In this document: positions 27,625-32,000 of the stretch, piece after piece
How the letters are laid out: every line of letters starts with the position of its first letter
How positions within the stretch are numbered: position 1 is the first letter of the stretch
NCBI RefSeq assembly: GCF_001457615.1
Contig: NZ_LN831024.1
Coordinates: 5,160,001-5,192,000, forward strand
Reading direction: 5' to 3'
Length of the DNA: 32,000 nt
From: Pseudomonas aeruginosa
GTDB taxonomy: Bacteria; Pseudomonadota; Gammaproteobacteria; Pseudomonadales; Pseudomonadaceae
Program-made: the position numbers and the translations under genes
Notes under the pieces: model-generated
What the model was told of the DNA's origin: nothing
Seen by the model: the letters and a program-made list of their open reading frames with translations, nothing else
Databases searched by the model: none

Positions 27625-29064
27625 TCAACTCCTGCCGCCTCGATGTACCACCAGGCTCCGTCCCTCGTCCCAGCCTCCGCCGAGCGCGCGGAACAGGTCG
27701 ACCAGGGCGATCTGCCGCTGGGTGCTGCCGTCGATGAAGGCGATCTCGTTGAGGAAGCTGCTGCGCTGCGCATCGAGGTAGCGCAGGTGGTTGTCGACGC
27801 CACTCTCGTAGCGTGCCTTGGCCAGCTTCAGGGCTTCGTTGCTGCTGTTCGCCAGGGCGCGCAGGGCCTTCTCTTCGCGACGCAGGGTATCGCTGGCCGC
27901 CAGGGCGTCGGCGACCTCGCGGAAAGCGGTCTGGATGGTCCCCTCGTAGGCGGCCACCGCCGAATCCTTGCGCGCCTCGGCCAGGCTCAGGTTGGCACGG
28001 TTGCGCCCGCCATCGAAGATCGGCAGCGTCAGCGTCGGCAGGAAGCTCCAGGAGCGCGAGCCGCCATCGAACAGGCCGGACATTTCCGCGCTGGAGGTGC
28101 CGAAGCTGCCGGTCAGGCTGATGCGCGGGAAGAACGCCGCGCGCGCCGCGCCGATATCCGCGTTGCGCGCCCGCAAACGATGTTCGGCGGCAAGGATGTC
28201 CGGGCGTCGCTCGATCAGCTCGGACGGCGTGCCGGGAGCGATGTCCTGCAGCAGCTTCGGCCGCTGCCCCGGACTCCGCGGAATCGCCTGCGCGGCATCG
28301 TCGCTACCCAGCAGCAACACCAGCGCGTTGAATGCCTGCTGTTTCTGCCGCAGGTTGCGCTCCTGCTCGGCGCGCGCCTGCTCCACCAGGCCAAGGGCTT
28401 CCTGGTAGTCCAGCGCGGTGGCGGCGCCGGCCGCGCGGCGCTGGTCGATCAGGGCGAAGGAATACTCGCGGCTGACCAGGGTCTGACGGGTCAGCGCCAG
28501 GCGCCGCAGGGCGCCGTCGTAGCTCAGGTAGGCCTGGCTGACCTCGGCGACCAGGGCGATCCGTGCCGCGCGCGCTGCCTCCTCGCTGGCCAGGTACTGT
28601 TGCAGGGCTGCGTCGGTCAGGCTCTTGACCCGACCGAAGAGGTCCAGTTCGTACTCCGGCAGGGCCAGCCCGACCTGGTAGCTGCTGGCCACTTCCGAGC
28701 GATTGCCGGCGGACAGGTCGGCCGGCTGCCGCTGGCGGTTGCCGGTGGCAGCGGCATTCAGGCCCGGAACCCGGTCGGCGCGCTGGATTCGGTACTGCGC
28801 GCGGGCCGCCTCGATATCCAGGAGGGTCTGACGCAGCGAGCGGTTGTTATCCAGGGCCACGCCCACCAGGCGGCGTAGTTCGGCATCGACGATGAAACTC
28901 TTCCAATCCAGCGTGTCGATCGCCGCGCCCTGGCGCTGGGCGGCGCCGCCGCTCCAGCTGTCGGCCACCGGCGCGGCGGGACGTTCGTAGGTCGGCGCCA
29001 TGGAGCAGGCACCGAGGGTCAGGGCGATCAGCAGCGCCGATACGCCGAAAGCAGGTTTGCGCAT
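27625..29064 (-). CDS. oprJ: outer-membrane efflux lipoprotein OprJ
   Basis: 479 aa from MRKPAFGVSALLIALTLGAC|S, which has a lipobox. It has the NodT/OprM-family repeat architecture and sits immediately downstream (5 nt) of the mexD stop. Confidence 0.93.
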   Translation of the reverse strand: MRKPAFGVSALLIALTLGACSMAPTYERPAAPVADSWSGGAAQRQGAAIDTLDWKSFIVDAELRRLVGVALDNNRSLRQTLLDIEAARAQYRIQRADRVPGLNAAATGNRQRQPADLSAGNRSEVASSYQVGLALPEYELDLFGRVKSLTDAALQQYLASEEAARAARIALVAEVSQAYLSYDGALRRLALTRQTLVSREYSFALIDQRRAAGAATALDYQEALGLVEQARAEQERNLRQKQQAFNALVLLLGSDDAAQAIPRSPGQRPKLLQDIAPGTPSELIERRPDILAAEHRLRARNADIGAARAAFFPRISLTGSFGTSSAEMSGLFDGGSRSWSFLPTLTLPIFDGGRNRANLSLAEARKDSAVAAYEGTIQTAFREVADALAASDTLRREEKALRALANSSNEALKLAKARYESGVDNHLRYLDAQRSSFLNEIAFIDGSTQRQIALVDLFRALGGGWDEGRSLVVHRGGRS

Positions 29065-29069
29065 CTCGT

Positions 29070-32000
29070 TCACTCCCCGGCCGAAGCGGCCTGTTCGATG
29101 GGTGCCGGCTTGCTGCGCAGCAGCGACAGCAGCCAGACGAAACAGATAGGTACGAACAGCACGCCGAGGAAGGTGGCGCTGAGCATCCCGCCGATCACTC
29201 CGGTGCCGATGGCACGCTGGCTCGCCGCGCCGGCACCGCTGGCCAGGGCCAGGGGTATCACGCCGAGGATGAACGCCATGGAAGTCATGATGATCGGCCG
29301 GAAGCGCAGGCGCGCGGCCTCGATGGCGGCGTCGCGCAGGCTATGCCCCTGCTCCCAGAGTTCCTTGGCGAACTCGACGATGAGAATCGCGTTCTTCGCC
29401 GAAAGACCGATGATGGTGATCAGGCCGACCTTGAAATACACGTCGTTGGACATACCGCTGACCATCACCGCGAGCACCGCGCCGATGGCGCCGATCGGCA
29501 CGATCAGCATCACCGACAGCGGGATCGACCAGCTCTCGTAGAGCGCCACCAGCAACAGGAACACCACCAGGATGGCGAGGGCGAACAGGCTGGTGGCCTG
29601 CCCGGCGGAGACCTTCTCCTGATAGGACAGGCCGGTCCACTCGTAGCCGATGCCGGCCGGCAGCTGCGCGGCCAGGCGCTCCATTTCCGCCATGGCTTCG
29701 CCGGTACTGAAGCCGGGCGCGGCGTCACCGACGATGCGGATCGACGGGTAGCCGTTATAGCGCACCAATTGCACCGGTCCCTCTTCCCATTTCACGCTGA
29801 CGAAGGCGCTGAGCGGTACCAGGTTGCCAGCAGCGTTAGGCACGTATAGCTCGAGCACGCTTTCCGGGGTCATCCGGTTGCCCTGTTCGGCCTGGATCAC
29901 CACCCGCTGTTGGCGCCCCGCATTGGTGAAGTCGTTGATCACCTCCGAGCCGAAGGCAGCGGACAGCGTGCCGCTGATGGTCTCGAAGCTCACCCCCAGG
30001 GCGCGGGCCTTCTCCCGGTCGATCAACAGGCGCAGTTGCGGCGCTTCGGCCAGTCCTTCCATCATCGCGTAAAGGAATTTCGGGTTGGTCTGGATCTCGC
30101 CAAGAAGAGTATCGCGAGCCTGCAGCAGCGCTTCGCGGCCGACCCCGCTACGGTCCATCAGGCGCAATGCGAAGCCGCCGGAGTTACCCAGACCGTTGAT
30201 CGGTGGCGGCGACACGGCCATGACCGTGCCATCGTCGGGCAGCGCGAAATGCTCGTTCAGCGCGGCGATCTCGGCGGCGGCCGACTGCTCGGCGCCTCGC
30301 TCGGACCAGTCCTTGAAGGTCGGGAAGGCCAGCGCGGCATTGTCGCCCTGGCCGGAGAAGCTGAAGCCCGAGATCAGGAACACCGAAGCCACCGCCTCGC
30401 GGGACTTGAGGAAGCGCTCGAGCTCCTCGCCGGTGGCATCGGTGCGCACGCGCGAAGCGCCAGGCGGCAGTTGCACGTCGACCACCATGTAGCCGAGGTC
30501 TTCCGCCGGCACGAAGGCTTCCGGCAGGCGCAGGTAGAAGTAGCCGAGCATGGCCACCAGGCCGGCGTACACCAGCATGAAGCGTCCGGCGCGCGCCACC
30601 AGCTTCGAGTTGAGCAGCGAATAGCGCTCGGTGACGCGGGCGAAGCCACGGTTGAAGGCGCCGAAGAAGCCGCGCTTCTCGTGGTGCCCTTCGGGAATGG
30701 GCTTGAGCAGCGTGGCGCACAGCGCCGGGGTGAAGGTCAGGGCGAGGAAGCCGGAGAACAGGATCGAGACCGCCAGCGACACCGAGAACTGCTGGTAGAT
30801 CACCCCCACCGAACCGGCCATGAAAGCCAGCGGCAGGAACACCGCCGAGAGCACCAGGGTGATGCCGACGATGGCGCCGGACACCTGCTTCATCGCCTTG
30901 ACCGTGGCCTCGGCCGGGGAAATCCCCTCCTCCGCCATGATCCGCTCGACGTTCTCCACCACCACGATGGCGTCGTCCACCAGGATGCCGATCGCCAGGA
31001 CCATGCCGAACATGGTCATCATGTTCACCGAGAACCCCAGCAGGTACATCACCATCAGCGTACCCAGCAGGCACACCGGCACCACGATGGACGGGATCAG
31101 GGTGTAGCGGACGTTCTGCAGGAACAGGAACATCACCAGGAACACCAGGACCATCGCTTCGATCAGGGTGTGGATCACCTTCTCGATGGCCACGTCGACG
31201 AAGCGCGAGGTGTCGTAGGGCACGCTGTACTGCATGTCCTCGGGGAAGAACGCCGACAGTTCGGCGAGACGCTGTTTCACCAGGGTAGCGGTCTGGATCG
31301 CGTTGGCCCGGGCGACAGCTGGATCGCCCCGCCCACGGTAGGCGTGCCGTTCAGTCGCGAGGAAATGTTGTAGCTCTCCTTGCCGAGTTCCAGGCGCGCG
31401 ACATCGGCGAGCCGGACCAGCGAGCCGTCCTGGTTGGCGCGCAGCACTACCTGGCCGAACTCCTGCGGATCGTCCAGGGTGCCCTTCACCGCCAGGGTCG
31501 CCGTCAGCTCCTGCGCGGAACTGCCCGGTGCGCTGCCGAAGGCGCCGGCCGGCACCTGCACGTTCTGCCCGCGGATGGCATTGCTCACGTCGTCGATGGA
31601 GAGGCCGAAGCCCACCAGCTTCTGCGGATCGATCCAGACCCGCATGGCCGCCTCGGAAGAGAAGAATTGCAGCTTGCCGACGCCCGGCAGGCGCCGCAGC
31701 TCGTTGTTGATATTGCGCGCGGCGTAGTCGCCGAGGGCGGTGGTGTCGCTGCGCTGAGCGCCTTCCTTGTAGCTGAGCGCATAGATCAGCAGGAAACCGG
31801 CGCTGGTCTGCTCGACCTGCAGGCCCTGGGTCAGCACCGCCTGCGGCATGCGCGCCTCGGCTTTCTTCAGGCGGTTCTGCACGTCCACCTGGGCCAGGTC
31901 CGGATCGGTGCCCGGCTCGAAGGTGACGACGATCTCGGCGGTGCCGTTGGAGTTGTTGGTCGACTCGAAGTAGAGCAGGCCCTTGGCGCCGTTCAGCGAC
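29070..32000 (-). pseudogene. mexD: RND multidrug efflux transporter MexD, 5'-truncated by the window edge and interrupted by a 1-nt frameshift near 31305-31312
   Basis: Two adjacent minus-strand reading frames together give a continuous RND (AcrB/MexB-like) sequence. The upstream frame reads ...SYNISSRLNGTPTVGGAIQLSPG and then runs into PTRSRPLPW-stop at 31277-31279. The other frame continues ANAIQTATLVKQRLAELSAFFPEDMQYSVPYDTSRFV... to the stop at 29070. Adding one base after CCCGG restores the conserved LSPGANA junction. Confidence 0.85.

Noticed and set aside
31277-31316. Programmed -1 ribosomal frameshift as an explanation for the mexD frame break
   Set aside because: A -1 slip after CCC GGG would indeed read GCC AAC and recreate PGANA. 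However, in the zero frame the run is CCC GGG C rather than the X XXY YYZ alignment. Re-pairing would mismatch at the first codon position for both tRNAs, and RND pump genes are not known to use recoding. A 1-nt deletion or a G/C-run sequencing error is the simpler reading.
29910-31373. 487-aa plus-strand ORF
   Set aside because: It is antisense to mexD with His/Arg/Gly/Gln-rich low complexity. This is a shadow ORF.

Overview
32-kb, high-GC (roughly two-thirds G+C), densely coding chromosomal segment. From gene content and order I recognise it, from memory and not verifiable here, as the Pseudomonas aeruginosa core-genome neighbourhood equivalent to PAO1 PA4574-PA4598.

Gene order, left to right:
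- yqhA-like membrane protein (partial), a small hypothetical, a LonC-like protease with degenerate ATPase motifs, and a TraR/DksA zinc-finger protein
- a secreted DUF3015 protein and a DUF4105/beta-barrel protein
- a NADAR (YbiA-like) protein and RtcR
- a divergent sigma-54 promoter driving a long structured leader that contains a tRNA-Arg(ACG)-like cloverleaf, followed by a TM-less SPFH/band-7 protein, RtcB, a Pol-beta-type nucleotidyltransferase and RtcA
- a small lipoprotein, the Anr-box-preceded cytochrome c peroxidase ccpR, and gdhA
- a FadL-family porin, pra, and a four-gene MacB-type tripartite ABC efflux operon
- ettA, esrC, oprJ, and the 3' ~2.9 kb of mexD

I saw no CRISPR array, transposase, integrase or prophage genes.

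The most interesting signals are:
1. The expanded RtcR-controlled RNA-repair cassette with a non-canonical tRNA-like element inside its sigma-54-driven leader.
2. The accessory SPFH, NTase and NADAR genes around RtcB/RtcA.
3. A 1-nt frameshift that splits mexD.
4. The FadL-Pra-MacB-type pump cluster.
5. A possible unannotated small ORF between ettA and esrC.

Many long ORFs in the supplied track are antisense or out-of-frame shadows typical of GC-rich DNA, and I rejected them.
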